Below are positions 38,993 to 48,389 of a stretch of 52,600 bases of DNA, piece after piece. The notes beneath the pieces were generated by a model. It did no database searches, was not told the origin of the DNA, and was given only the letters and a program-made list of their open reading frames with translations. Each line of letters opens with the position of its first letter. The first letter of the stretch is position 1. Source of the DNA: a virus (Duplodnaviria > Caudoviricetes); the IMG/VR virus record IMGVR_UViG_3300046003_005111, positions 1 to 52,600 of that record. One strand, given 5' to 3'. Position numbers and translations under genes: made by a program.

Positions 38993-40418
38993 AATTAGTG
39001 TTGTTTTCTCAACAAGAAAAATAGATGAAAATTTTATTGAGCATGTTAAGAAAACATGTATACATAAAGGTGTTGAGGTTTTGCCGTATGAAAATAACGG
39101 TGAGTATTCTTTAACAGAAATATATAATAAAGGTTTAAACGATGCGTCAAGTGACATAGTTGTTTTTTGTCACGATGACATATTATTTGAGACAAAAAAT
39201 TGGGGTGAAAAAGTTTTAAAAGCTTTTGAAAAAAACCATGAATATGGTATCCTTGGTGTTGCTGGTACTGATCATATGATTAGTGGTAGGTGGTGGCAAA
39301 TACGTAATGCCATGTATGGTACTGTTAAACATACTGACGGTACTAATGTTTGGGTAAGTAAATATTCTCAAAACTATGGTAACGAGTTAAAAGAAATGGT
39401 TGTTATTGACGGTTTATTTATTGCTGTTAATAGAACTAGGATAAAAACTATTTTTGATGATCGATTTAAAGGTTTTCATTTTTATGATATATCATTTTGT
39501 TTATCGAACCATGTTAACGGTATAAAAATAGGTTTAATCTCAAATATTTTAATATTACATAAATCCGTTGGTCAAGTTAATGAACAATGGGGTGAAAATA
39601 AAACTTTATTTGAAGAAATATATGGTAATCAATTACCAATATGTTTGAATGATAAAACAAAACATATAATCTTTGATAAAGAATTACCAAAGATCGACAT
39701 GCATGTTCTTTGTTGGAATGAAGAAAAGATAATACCTTATTTTTTAAAACACTATGAGAATTTTGTTAGTAATATTTATGTTTATGACAATATATCAAAT
39801 GATAATAGTGTTAAATTATTAAAGTCACACCCAAAAGTTACGGTAATACCATATGATACTAATGGTGAAATTAGAGATGATATTTATTTACAAATAAAAA
39901 ATAACGCGTGGAAAAACTCAACGGATAAAGCTGATATCGTTATTGTGTGTGACATGGATGAATTTTTATATAGTAATGATTTAAAAAAATCAATCAATAA
40001 ATTTTATGAAAGTGATGCGACTGTTATTAAACCAACTGGTTATGATATGGTTGTAAACGATTTCCAATTTAATCATGGTGATAAATTAACTAATCTTGTT
40101 AAAACTGGGTATAAAAATAACCTTTTTGATAAATTAGTTATGTTTAAAACAAAAAATATAACGGAAATAAATTATAATGGTGGTTGCCATGTTGCAGCAC
40201 CTAGGGGTGATAAAATTAAATTATTTGAAGGTGAATTTTTACTTTTACACTACAAAAGACTCGGTTTAAAATATTTTTTAAATAAAATGTCTGATTATAA
40301 AAAAAGGTTAAGTGAATTTAATAAAAAACATAAACTTGGTTATGAATATGAATTTAATAGTGATAAACACACCGAAGATTTTAATAAATCTTTAGGTAAA
40401 ATATCTTATGTCATCTAA
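38982..40418 (+). CDS. Bifunctional glycosyltransferase with two GT-A (GT2-like) domains
   Basis: Domain 1: YNKG...FCHDD, IDGLF, FD..F.GFHFYD, H.S.G. Domain 2: WNEE, YDN.S.D, CDMDEF, LLHYK. Confidence 0.85.
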   Translation: MSYKISVVFSTRKIDENFIEHVKKTCIHKGVEVLPYENNGEYSLTEIYNKGLNDASSDIVVFCHDDILFETKNWGEKVLKAFEKNHEYGILGVAGTDHMISGRWWQIRNAMYGTVKHTDGTNVWVSKYSQNYGNELKEMVVIDGLFIAVNRTRIKTIFDDRFKGFHFYDISFCLSNHVNGIKIGLISNILILHKSVGQVNEQWGENKTLFEEIYGNQLPICLNDKTKHIIFDKELPKIDMHVLCWNEEKIIPYFLKHYENFVSNIYVYDNISNDNSVKLLKSHPKVTVIPYDTNGEIRDDIYLQIKNNAWKNSTDKADIVIVCDMDEFLYSNDLKKSINKFYESDATVIKPTGYDMVVNDFQFNHGDKLTNLVKTGYKNNLFDKLVMFKTKNITEINYNGGCHVAAPRGDKIKLFEGEFLLLHYKRLGLKYFLNKMSDYKKRLSEFNKKHKLGYEYEFNSDKHTEDFNKSLGKISYVI

Positions 40419-40425
40419 TTCATAA

Positions 40426-40434
40426 CTATTTATA
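40426..40434 (+). promoter_or_regulatory. Putative late promoter motif CTATTTATA before the GT11 cassette
   Basis: 16 nt upstream of ATG 40451. Confidence 0.5.
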
Positions 40435-40450
40435 TTAAATAAAATACTAT

Positions 40451-41608
40451 ATGGGATTTTTTAGGATTAAAAAAATAATAAAAGATAATGATAATAATCA
40501 GGTTGATTATAATATAACAAAAGGTTTTATAAAAGAGGAAAGGTTAGGATTACCTGAAACACCAAAAAAAACAACAATAAGAAAAAGTTATACAGCTGGA
40601 AATAAAATTGAACCAAATACGGAAAAAATATCAGTGATAATTAAAAAAGGTAGTTATTCTGTTGACGTTAAAAAAATTTTTAAAGAAAAAGATATTTCTG
40701 TTGATACTGTTACTTCTGTTGATACTGTTACTTCTTTTGATACTGTTACTTCTTTTGATACTGTTACAGCTCTCGAACCTACAGAAGAAAAAATAAAAAA
40801 AAGAAAATACGGTATGAATGGTTGTGTTTTTTCAAAAACAATTGGATCCAACGGAAGATTAGGTAATCAATTATTTCAATTTGCTGCGATATATGGCTAT
40901 GCCATGGATAATAATAAAAAATATTCGGTATCAAATTGGGTTTGCGCTCGCTCTGGTAAAGATTTTAAAAAATATTTTAACGGACCGCTTATATCAACAC
41001 CTATTAACGATGAAGCGGTGGAAATAAATTATATTGAAACAGATTTTGATTATAACGAAATACCGTATATTAAAGAAAATCTTAACATATGTGGATATTT
41101 CCAATCTGAATTATACTTTAAAAAATATACTGATGATGTAATTGATATATTACAACCATCTATTGATTTACATTTAGATTTAAGGATAAAATATTCAAAC
41201 ATTAATTTTAAAAAAACAGCTTCATTACATGTTAGAAGAGGGGATTACCTATCTTTAGGTAGTTTTTATAATCAATTAACAATTGATAATTATTATACTA
41301 AAGCTATAGAAGAGTTAACAAAAAATGGGGTTGAGGATATATTAATATTCTCAGATGATATAAAATGGTGTAAAGAAAATTTTAAAGGTGATAACTTTTA
41401 TTTTTCTGAAGGGAACTCAGAAATAGAAGATTTATTTTTAATGAGTTTTTGTTCACACAATATAATAGCGAACTCAAGTTTTTCGTGGTGGGGAGCTTTT
41501 TTAAATAAAAATAAGGATAAAATTGTTATAGCACCAAAAAAATGGTGGGGTGTTATTAATAATATGAATGAAAATACCATAATACCAGAAACATGGGTGA
41601 GATTATAG
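40451..41608 (+). CDS. Alpha-1,2-fucosyltransferase-like (GT11) with ~120-aa N-terminal extension
   Basis: GRLGNQLFQ, GYFQSE.YF, HVRRGDY, FSDD..WC, NSSFSWWGA. Confidence 0.92.
   Translation: MGFFRIKKIIKDNDNNQVDYNITKGFIKEERLGLPETPKKTTIRKSYTAGNKIEPNTEKISVIIKKGSYSVDVKKIFKEKDISVDTVTSVDTVTSFDTVTSFDTVTALEPTEEKIKKRKYGMNGCVFSKTIGSNGRLGNQLFQFAAIYGYAMDNNKKYSVSNWVCARSGKDFKKYFNGPLISTPINDEAVEINYIETDFDYNEIPYIKENLNICGYFQSELYFKKYTDDVIDILQPSIDLHLDLRIKYSNINFKKTASLHVRRGDYLSLGSFYNQLTIDNYYTKAIEELTKNGVEDILIFSDDIKWCKENFKGDNFYFSEGNSEIEDLFLMSFCSHNIIANSSFSWWGAFLNKNKDKIVIAPKKWWGVINNMNENTIIPETWVRL
40696..40767 (+). repeat. 18-bp tandem repeat x4 encoding S(V/F)DTVT
   Basis: ttct(g/t)ttgatactgttac x4, in frame. Confidence 0.95.
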
Positions 41609-42423
41609 ATTTAAAAGACACCACATTCATTATACCGATAATGATAGATAGTCAAGACAGGGTTGATAATTTAACTATTAACTTAAATTTCTTAGCTAAA
41701 AATTTTAACACAAATGTTATTATTTTTGAATTAAAGAAACCAGGTTATAATGTTGTTGACAACATTATAAAAAAATTGGTAAAAAACAAATTAAAAATTA
41801 CGTATCTTTATGAGGTGGTTGAATTAACAAATGAAAGACCAGAAATAATTTTTCATAGAACAAAATACCTTAATATGATGCTTAATATGGTTAAAACAGA
41901 TTTTGTTGTTAACTATGATGTTGACGTTTTATTAAACCCATTAGATTATGTTTTATGTGTTAATAAGTTAAAAGATGATTGTGATGTGGTTTATCCGTAT
42001 TTTTTTGGTTTATCACAAAGAGCTGTATTAAATAGTGGTAAGAATAAATTATTAGAATCCTTTGATCTTAATTTATTAACAGAAAATGATTACAAACTAA
42101 ACCAAAATCGTTTTGGTTTGGCCCAATTCTTTAAAACTAGTGTTTACATTGAAGGTGGTATGGAAAATGAACATTTTATATCATACGGACCAGAAGATTT
42201 TGAAAGAGCTCATAGGTTTAAAGTTTTAGATTATAATGTTGAGTGGGCTGATATTTATATATACCATATTGAACATAGTAGAGGTGATAATAGTAGTAAT
42301 AAAAACCCATATTTTAGTAAAAATAATGAGTTATATAGTAGTCTTAATGGTTTAAATAAAAAAGAGCTAAAAATGTATTACGATACTATTGATTATAAGA
42401 ATTTATATAAAAAAAATGGGTGA
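41593..42423 (+). CDS. Glycosyltransferase, GT-A (GT7-C galactosyltransferase-like)
   Basis: TFIIP, DR..NL, YDVD, GGMENE.F.SYGPED, YHIEH. Confidence 0.85.
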   Translation: MGEIIDLKDTTFIIPIMIDSQDRVDNLTINLNFLAKNFNTNVIIFELKKPGYNVVDNIIKKLVKNKLKITYLYEVVELTNERPEIIFHRTKYLNMMLNMVKTDFVVNYDVDVLLNPLDYVLCVNKLKDDCDVVYPYFFGLSQRAVLNSGKNKLLESFDLNLLTENDYKLNQNRFGLAQFFKTSVYIEGGMENEHFISYGPEDFERAHRFKVLDYNVEWADIYIYHIEHSRGDNSSNKNPYFSKNNELYSSLNGLNKKELKMYYDTIDYKNLYKKNG

Positions 42424-43159
42424 TAAGATAAATTTTCAGAAGATTAATTTTAAATATATTAATCTAAAAAGTAGGGTGGATAGAAAAAATCGTGTTGACG
42501 CGTATTTAAAAAATAACGGTATTATTGCTGAAAGATTTGATGCGATAAAAGATTTTAGTAATTGTAATATTAATTTTGGTAAAAATTATAATGATGGAAC
42601 TAAAGGTTGTTTTTTATCACATTATAATATCATAAAAGAATATGACAGTAATAAAGTATTGGGAATACTAGAGGATGATATTGTTTTATGTAGCGATTTC
42701 ACCGAAAGATTTAAATATATTGAGGATAATTTTAACCTTGATTGGGATATGTTTTTCTTATCATCATTTTATCATTTAAACGATGATAAAAATAGACACC
42801 ATGAAACTGGTGATTATGAATTTAGTGGGATTAAATATATCCATAGAACATACGGGTCATTTTGTACGCACTCATATTTAGTTAACCCAAAATCAAAAGA
42901 AAAAATATTAAGATTAATGGAAGAGAACGTTCATAAATCAAACGCTCTCGACCACCTGTATATACTAATACAACACCAATTAAATGTTTTTGCAATAACG
43001 CCTGGTATAACAACACAACTAGGTGATCATAGTGACATAACAAACAGTATGTTAGACCATACAGATTATTTCACAAAGGTACTTGGCCAACATTGTTATG
43101 TTGATAAATTGAGTGAATTTAATTACGATGAATACTTTAAATATAAAATAACAAAATAA
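42416..43159 (+). CDS. Glycosyltransferase family 25; start at ATG 42416
   Basis: YINL..R.DR, ERFDA, GCFLSH, ILEDD, WDMFFL, THSY. Confidence 0.88.
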   Translation: MGDKINFQKINFKYINLKSRVDRKNRVDAYLKNNGIIAERFDAIKDFSNCNINFGKNYNDGTKGCFLSHYNIIKEYDSNKVLGILEDDIVLCSDFTERFKYIEDNFNLDWDMFFLSSFYHLNDDKNRHHETGDYEFSGIKYIHRTYGSFCTHSYLVNPKSKEKILRLMEENVHKSNALDHLYILIQHQLNVFAITPGITTQLGDHSDITNSMLDHTDYFTKVLGQHCYVDKLSEFNYDEYFKYKITK

Positions 43160-43163
43160 AATT

Positions 43164-43913
43164 ATGAAAGATATAGCTAAAAACATAAAAAAATACTATT
43201 TTAATAACGATGGCTTAAAATATGTGATAAATAATTTTGATTACTTAACAACCGAATACCATATTTCAAGTGATGAATATATAGACGCTTCTGGTGTCTA
43301 CGTTTTAATGAAAAGGGTTATTGATCTTATGGATAAAGATAAGGTTGTTATTGACATAGGTGGTAATTGCGGTTTAACATCAATCCCATTTTGTTTAAAT
43401 GGTTATGAGGTTTATACATTTGAACCGATTAAAATGAATGTCGATTTAATAGAGATGAATAAAATCGAAAATAAATGTGATAACTTAAATATAGTACCAT
43501 ACGCTCTAAGTGATAAAACAAAAGAGGAGATAATATATATACCGTATTGTTCTGATAACACATCTTTTAACAAAGACGTAGCTGTTAGTAATATGAATGA
43601 TAAGAGTATATGTGTTGAAGAAACCGTTAATTGTATAACATTTGATGAATGGTTAGAAAATAACGGGCAAATAAATATCGGGTTTATAAAAATAGATGTG
43701 CAAGGTCACGAAAAGAATGTTCTAGAAGGTATGGTTAATTTTCTATCAAATTGTAATGACGTTTATCTTTTTATTGAATGGGATGGAAACCACACAATGA
43801 TGTCTGGTAATACACTAGAAGAAATGGAATCGCTATTAAATCGTACTGGGTTTAATGAAAAAAACCTATTCAATAGGGATCTATATGATGATAAAATTTT
43901 TTATAAAAAATAA
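43164..43913 (+). CDS. FkbM-family SAM-dependent methyltransferase
   Basis: IDIGGNCG, FEP, ALSD, IKIDVQGHE..VL.G. Confidence 0.92.
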   Translation: MKDIAKNIKKYYFNNDGLKYVINNFDYLTTEYHISSDEYIDASGVYVLMKRVIDLMDKDKVVIDIGGNCGLTSIPFCLNGYEVYTFEPIKMNVDLIEMNKIENKCDNLNIVPYALSDKTKEEIIYIPYCSDNTSFNKDVAVSNMNDKSICVEETVNCITFDEWLENNGQINIGFIKIDVQGHEKNVLEGMVNFLSNCNDVYLFIEWDGNHTMMSGNTLEEMESLLNRTGFNEKNLFNRDLYDDKIFYKK

Positions 43914-43926
43914 AACATAAAAAAAT

Positions 43927-44691
43927 ATGAGTACAAGACAAACAAAACCAACAACAAAAAAAACAAGAAAAAAATTAACATCTGAAGAAGAGTTTGAAGC
44001 TCTTGAAGATATGAACCGTGCACATGCTGGTAATGTATTAGATAAAATGAAGGTTGATATTAAGTGTAAAACCCAAAATCAAAAGAAACTCATTACTGAG
44101 ATAAAAGATAAAGAGATTGTTATTTGTTCGGGACTCCCAGGTACAGGGAAAACTTTTTTATCTTGTGCTGTAGCTTTAGAACTTCTTAAAAGTGATCCTA
44201 GATACCGAAAAATTGTCATTGTTAAATCAGTAACAACTTTAAAAGATGAGGAAATTGGGTTTTTAAAAGGTACCATGAAAGAAAAGATGGAACCGTTTAT
44301 GTACTCTTTTATGCATAATTTTGAAAAAGTAATTGGTAAACATAGTGTTGAGCTTTTAAGAGCCAATAACATGATTGAAGAAATGCCAATTGCGTATATG
44401 AGGGGTATTAATATTGATAACTCAATCACAATTATCGATGAGGCTCAAAACATATCTATTGATAATATTAGAACTATCATGACCAGACTTGGTGAGAATT
44501 CTAAAATGATATTTTTAGGGGATGAAAATCAGATTGATATGAAAAAGAAGGGTGAAAGCTCTTTGAATTTCATCATCCAAAAATTTAGTAATTTTGATGA
44601 GGTTGGTACAGTAACATTAGGTGAAGATGATGTCGTTAGAAACCCATTGATCAAAAAAATAGAAAAAATATTTAACGAAAGTAAAATGTAG
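43927..44691 (+). CDS. phoH: PhoH-family ATPase
   Basis: GLPGTGKT, IGFLKG, YMRG, IIDEAQN, TRLG, GD..Q.D, VVRNPL. Confidence 0.95.
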   Translation: MSTRQTKPTTKKTRKKLTSEEEFEALEDMNRAHAGNVLDKMKVDIKCKTQNQKKLITEIKDKEIVICSGLPGTGKTFLSCAVALELLKSDPRYRKIVIVKSVTTLKDEEIGFLKGTMKEKMEPFMYSFMHNFEKVIGKHSVELLRANNMIEEMPIAYMRGINIDNSITIIDEAQNISIDNIRTIMTRLGENSKMIFLGDENQIDMKKKGESSLNFIIQKFSNFDEVGTVTLGEDDVVRNPLIKKIEKIFNESKM

Positions 44692-44741
44692 ACTTTATTT
44701 TAAACCAAAATTGTGTTATTTTTATATAAAAAAATGATAAC

Positions 44742-45377
44742 ATGGTAATAGGTATTACAATAAATAACATTTTAAGGGAACACATTAGTAAACTAAAGGA
44801 TTTATATGAATTTGAGTTTGAAAAAGAACCCATTTTACCTATAAATCCTTTTGATTTATCTAAATCATTCCCAGATATTGAAGGTGAGATTGTCGACACT
44901 AATTTTGAGGTTGGTAAAGAATTAGAGTTATCTGAAAATAAAAAAGATAATTCATTTAACCTGAGTAAATTCATGTATGAAGATGCGTGTTTTGAGGTAT
45001 TTGGTCGAGTTGAGGAAAGTCAACCTGGTATCATTAAACAAGTATGTGATTTCTCTAACAAAAATAAAATCAAAATCGTATTATTAAATAATGAAAGCCA
45101 AAGATCTAAATCAGCTACATTATTCTTCCTAAGTAAAAACTATTATAATTTAGAACAGATAATCTTTCCAAGCAAATGGAAAGATTTTTGGTCGTATTGT
45201 GATATCTTGGTTACCGATAACCCTAAGTTATTAAAAAACAAACCAAAAGATAAAATATCTATAAAACATAAAAACGATTTTAATGTTGATATTAAATCGG
45301 ATTATACTATAATTAACATTGAAGAATTATTTAAAATTTTAAAAAAATTAAAGAAAGAACAAAATGGAAAAAACTAA
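44742..45377 (+). CDS. HAD-fold 5'-nucleotidase-like protein with degenerate catalytic motif
   Basis: IGITINNIL in place of IGIDxDGV; K..W..CDILVTDNP as motifs III/IV. Confidence 0.5.
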   Translation: MVIGITINNILREHISKLKDLYEFEFEKEPILPINPFDLSKSFPDIEGEIVDTNFEVGKELELSENKKDNSFNLSKFMYEDACFEVFGRVEESQPGIIKQVCDFSNKNKIKIVLLNNESQRSKSATLFFLSKNYYNLEQIIFPSKWKDFWSYCDILVTDNPKLLKNKPKDKISIKHKNDFNVDIKSDYTIINIEELFKILKKLKKEQNGKN

Positions 45378-46446
45378 CGAAATAGTTAAAAACATTGAGT
45401 CGGCTATAAGCAAGATTCAAAACAAAGAACAAAAAATTGTTTTTTTGGTGCCAGACACCAAAGGTAACGCTAAATCAAGCGTTATCCACCTCTATAAACA
45501 AGCGTTAACACTTAAAAATTTAGGTTATAGTGTTAGTATGTTACATGAGAAAAATGACTACATTAAAGTTGGTTCATGGTTGACACCAGAATGCGATGAA
45601 TTAGAACATTTATCAATTGAAGATAACAATCTTGTTGTTGGGGCTTCTGATTTTATCATAGTACCAGAAGTGTATGGTAACGTATTTGAACAAATTAATA
45701 AAATGCCTTTAGAAAAGGTTATTTACATACAATCATTTGATTATATGCTTGAAGCTTTCGCACCTGGTAAATCTTGGGTTGATTTAGGTGCTGAAGAATG
45801 TATAACAACGTCAAACTCACTTAAAACATTGATTGAGGATACGGTTCCAGTTGTAGATGTTCAATTTATCGAACCATCGATTTCAGATAAAACGTTTACT
45901 TTAAACGATAAACCACAAAAACCTATTATTGCTATCTATTGTCGTGAGGCTAGAAAAGCGGCAAAAATTATCAAATCATTCTATTTGAAATACCCTATTT
46001 ATAGATTTGTTTCATTTAAAGATATGCATACAATGCCACAAGATACTTTTGCTAATAACTTAAAAGAATGTTGTGTTTCTATATGGATTGATGATGATTC
46101 GTCATTCGGTAGATACCCAGTTGAATCTATTAAGTGTAATGTACCTGTTATTGGTAAAGTACCTAATATTATCCCAGAATGGATGACAGATGAAAATGGT
46201 GTTTGGGTTTATGATGAAAATCAAATACCCGAAATTTTATCTAGTTACATTAAAAATTGGTTAGAAGATACTTTACCAGAGAATTTATTAAATGTCGCAA
46301 AAACAGTTGAAAATAAATACACTGAAGAAGTTTTTGAAAAGAATACTAAAGAGGTTTATGAATACCTTTTCAATAAAAAAATCTCGAAATTAGAAACAAT
46401 AAAAGAAAATTTTAAAAAAGAAGTAGAACAAAATGAGCAAAACTAA
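45364..46446 (+). CDS. Glycosyltransferase-like protein, GT-B fold
   Basis: DFIIVPE, SSFGRYPVESIKCNVPVIG resembling the GT4 E.FG...EA..CG.PVI motif. Confidence 0.7.
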   Translation: MEKTNEIVKNIESAISKIQNKEQKIVFLVPDTKGNAKSSVIHLYKQALTLKNLGYSVSMLHEKNDYIKVGSWLTPECDELEHLSIEDNNLVVGASDFIIVPEVYGNVFEQINKMPLEKVIYIQSFDYMLEAFAPGKSWVDLGAEECITTSNSLKTLIEDTVPVVDVQFIEPSISDKTFTLNDKPQKPIIAIYCREARKAAKIIKSFYLKYPIYRFVSFKDMHTMPQDTFANNLKECCVSIWIDDDSSFGRYPVESIKCNVPVIGKVPNIIPEWMTDENGVWVYDENQIPEILSSYIKNWLEDTLPENLLNVAKTVENKYTEEVFEKNTKEVYEYLFNKKISKLETIKENFKKEVEQNEQN

Positions 46447-47263
46447 TTTAACAGTTATAATCCCAGTACACTCAGTTGCTGATATTGGGAAACAAAAATT
46501 TGATGATTTATTCGATATCGCATTATCGTCTATTAGTAGAAATGAGGTTAAACCAGAAAAGGTTTTAATTGTAAGATGCAATTGTATTGAAGTTGACGCT
46601 AAATTAGAGTCAATTGATTTAACAAAATATGATTTAAATATTGAAATCATAACAAATGATGGTGATACTGATTACCAGAGCCAAATAAATTACGCGGCTA
46701 AGCATGTTAACACCGAATACATGTCAATTTTGGAGTTTGATGATGAGGTATCAAAAACATGGTACAGTAATGTTAAAACACATGTTGCGGCCTACCCAGA
46801 AGTTGATATGTTTTTACCTATTGTTAATGATGTTTCTGAGGACAACAACTTTATAGGTTTATCAAATGAAGCTATTTGGGCTTATAATTTTAGTGAATCA
46901 CTTGGTAATGTTGATTTAGAGTGTTTATTAGAATACCCGAATATCAACCCTTGTGGTATGGTTATTAAAACAGCTATTTTTAACGAGATTAATGGGTTTA
47001 AACAAATCAAATTAACATTCAACTATGAGTTTTTACTACGTTTTCATAAAAACGGTTACAAGTCAATGGTTATCCCGAAAATCGGTTACAAACACGTTAA
47101 TATGAGGGAAGAATCGTTGTTCTGGTTATATAAAAACAGTGAAGCTGTAGAATACAAAATGGACCCTAAACAAGCATTATTTTGGATGGAAACAGCTAAA
47201 AAAGAATATTTATTTAACGATGATAGACATATAATATATGAGGAAAATGAGGTTATTGAGTAA
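46433..47263 (+). CDS. Glycosyltransferase family 2
   Basis: TVIIPVH, N......TEY..ILEFDD, INGF, YEFLLR. Confidence 0.8.
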   Translation: MSKTNLTVIIPVHSVADIGKQKFDDLFDIALSSISRNEVKPEKVLIVRCNCIEVDAKLESIDLTKYDLNIEIITNDGDTDYQSQINYAAKHVNTEYMSILEFDDEVSKTWYSNVKTHVAAYPEVDMFLPIVNDVSEDNNFIGLSNEAIWAYNFSESLGNVDLECLLEYPNINPCGMVIKTAIFNEINGFKQIKLTFNYEFLLRFHKNGYKSMVIPKIGYKHVNMREESLFWLYKNSEAVEYKMDPKQALFWMETAKKEYLFNDDRHIIYEENEVIE

Positions 47264-47976
47264 TGGCAAAACAGAAAAAAGATCGCAACTACTATGGTGT
47301 AGACCAAGAAAAAGCGGTGGTTATGTTTCTGGAATCCGAAACAGTTGCTGAACGAGAAAAAATTTATAGAGAGTTTTTACAAGAACCTATCAACACAATG
47401 ATAGAAAGTATTATCAGAACTTATAAATTATACAGACAATCATACGAATTCCACGATTTACACGCTGACACGCTATCATTCTTGATGACAAAATTTGATA
47501 AATTTAAACCTGAAAAGGGTAAAAGATCATTTTCGTACTTTGGTACAATATGTAAAAATTATCTTTTCGGTGAGATGGTCAAAGAATATAAGAAAAAAAC
47601 AACTGTTGTTGATATCGATGAATCAGAAAATGATTTACAAAAAAGAGATGATTTAATATATCGTATTGATAATGAAGATCTTGATCTAACTTTTTTTATT
47701 GAAACTTTAACCGCGAATATAAAGGACGAATTAAAATCAGATGATTTAAATGACAACGAATTTAAAGTTGGACATTCGTTAGTAAAGATACTTGAAGAGT
47801 GGCGTGAATTATTTTCACAAGTTAATGAGGGTAAAAACTCACCAAAATTCAACAAAAACCTAATATTACTATATATCCGTAATATGACTGGCCTAAATAC
47901 AAAGGAAATTAGGAATAGTATGAAAAGATTTAAGTCATTATATCGTATTTTTAAAGATAATTATTTAGATACTTGA
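47263..47976 (+). CDS. Phage-encoded RNA polymerase sigma factor (late, gp55-like)
   Basis: Region-2-like DL.ADTLSFL..KFDKFKPEKGKRSFSYFGTICKNYL. Confidence 0.72.
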   Translation: MAKQKKDRNYYGVDQEKAVVMFLESETVAEREKIYREFLQEPINTMIESIIRTYKLYRQSYEFHDLHADTLSFLMTKFDKFKPEKGKRSFSYFGTICKNYLFGEMVKEYKKKTTVVDIDESENDLQKRDDLIYRIDNEDLDLTFFIETLTANIKDELKSDDLNDNEFKVGHSLVKILEEWRELFSQVNEGKNSPKFNKNLILLYIRNMTGLNTKEIRNSMKRFKSLYRIFKDNYLDT

Positions 47977-48000
47977 TATTTATATTAAATAATATTTATT
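47975..48000 (+). promoter_or_regulatory. Two tandem late motifs (GATATTTATA, AATATTTATT)
   Basis: Both fit in the short gap before ATG 48001. Confidence 0.55.
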
Positions 48001-48387
48001 ATGGTACCAAAAAAGAAAAAAGTTGACGTTTCGGAAGATAGCATGAAAGAGCTTATGCAAGAAACTTATAATGAAATTGTTGATGAAAGAAATAGGGCTT
48101 TAAGCGCTTATAAAAAATTTACAAAAGATATTAACGAAAATTCTGATATTGCTTTAGTTGGTAAGATTACAAATGATTTATTGAAAATAATCGATTCATC
48201 TATTGAAAAAAAACTAAGGTTAATTAAAATCCAAGGTGATATTCTATATAAATCTGGTAAGTCATCCGATGCATCTAGCGCTGGTAATATGACGATTACT
48301 GATGAGGATAGAAAATGGGCTGAAGATTTTATTAAAAAACAAGCAACTACAAGCGGATCGGATACAAACGAAAAAGAATATGAATAA
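48001..48387 (+). CDS. Hypothetical helical protein (terminase small subunit not excluded)
   Basis: 128-aa helical ORF behind a late motif. Confidence 0.5.
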   Translation: MVPKKKKVDVSEDSMKELMQETYNEIVDERNRALSAYKKFTKDINENSDIALVGKITNDLLKIIDSSIEKKLRLIKIQGDILYKSGKSSDASSAGNMTITDEDRKWAEDFIKKQATTSGSDTNEKEYE

Positions 48388-48389
48388 TA

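Noticed and set aside
24656-47263. Eukaryotic giant virus (PolB, SNF2 and many glycosyltransferases)
   Set aside because: Sheath, tube, baseplate, overlapping operonic genes, intrinsic terminators and a sigma factor are bacteriophage features.
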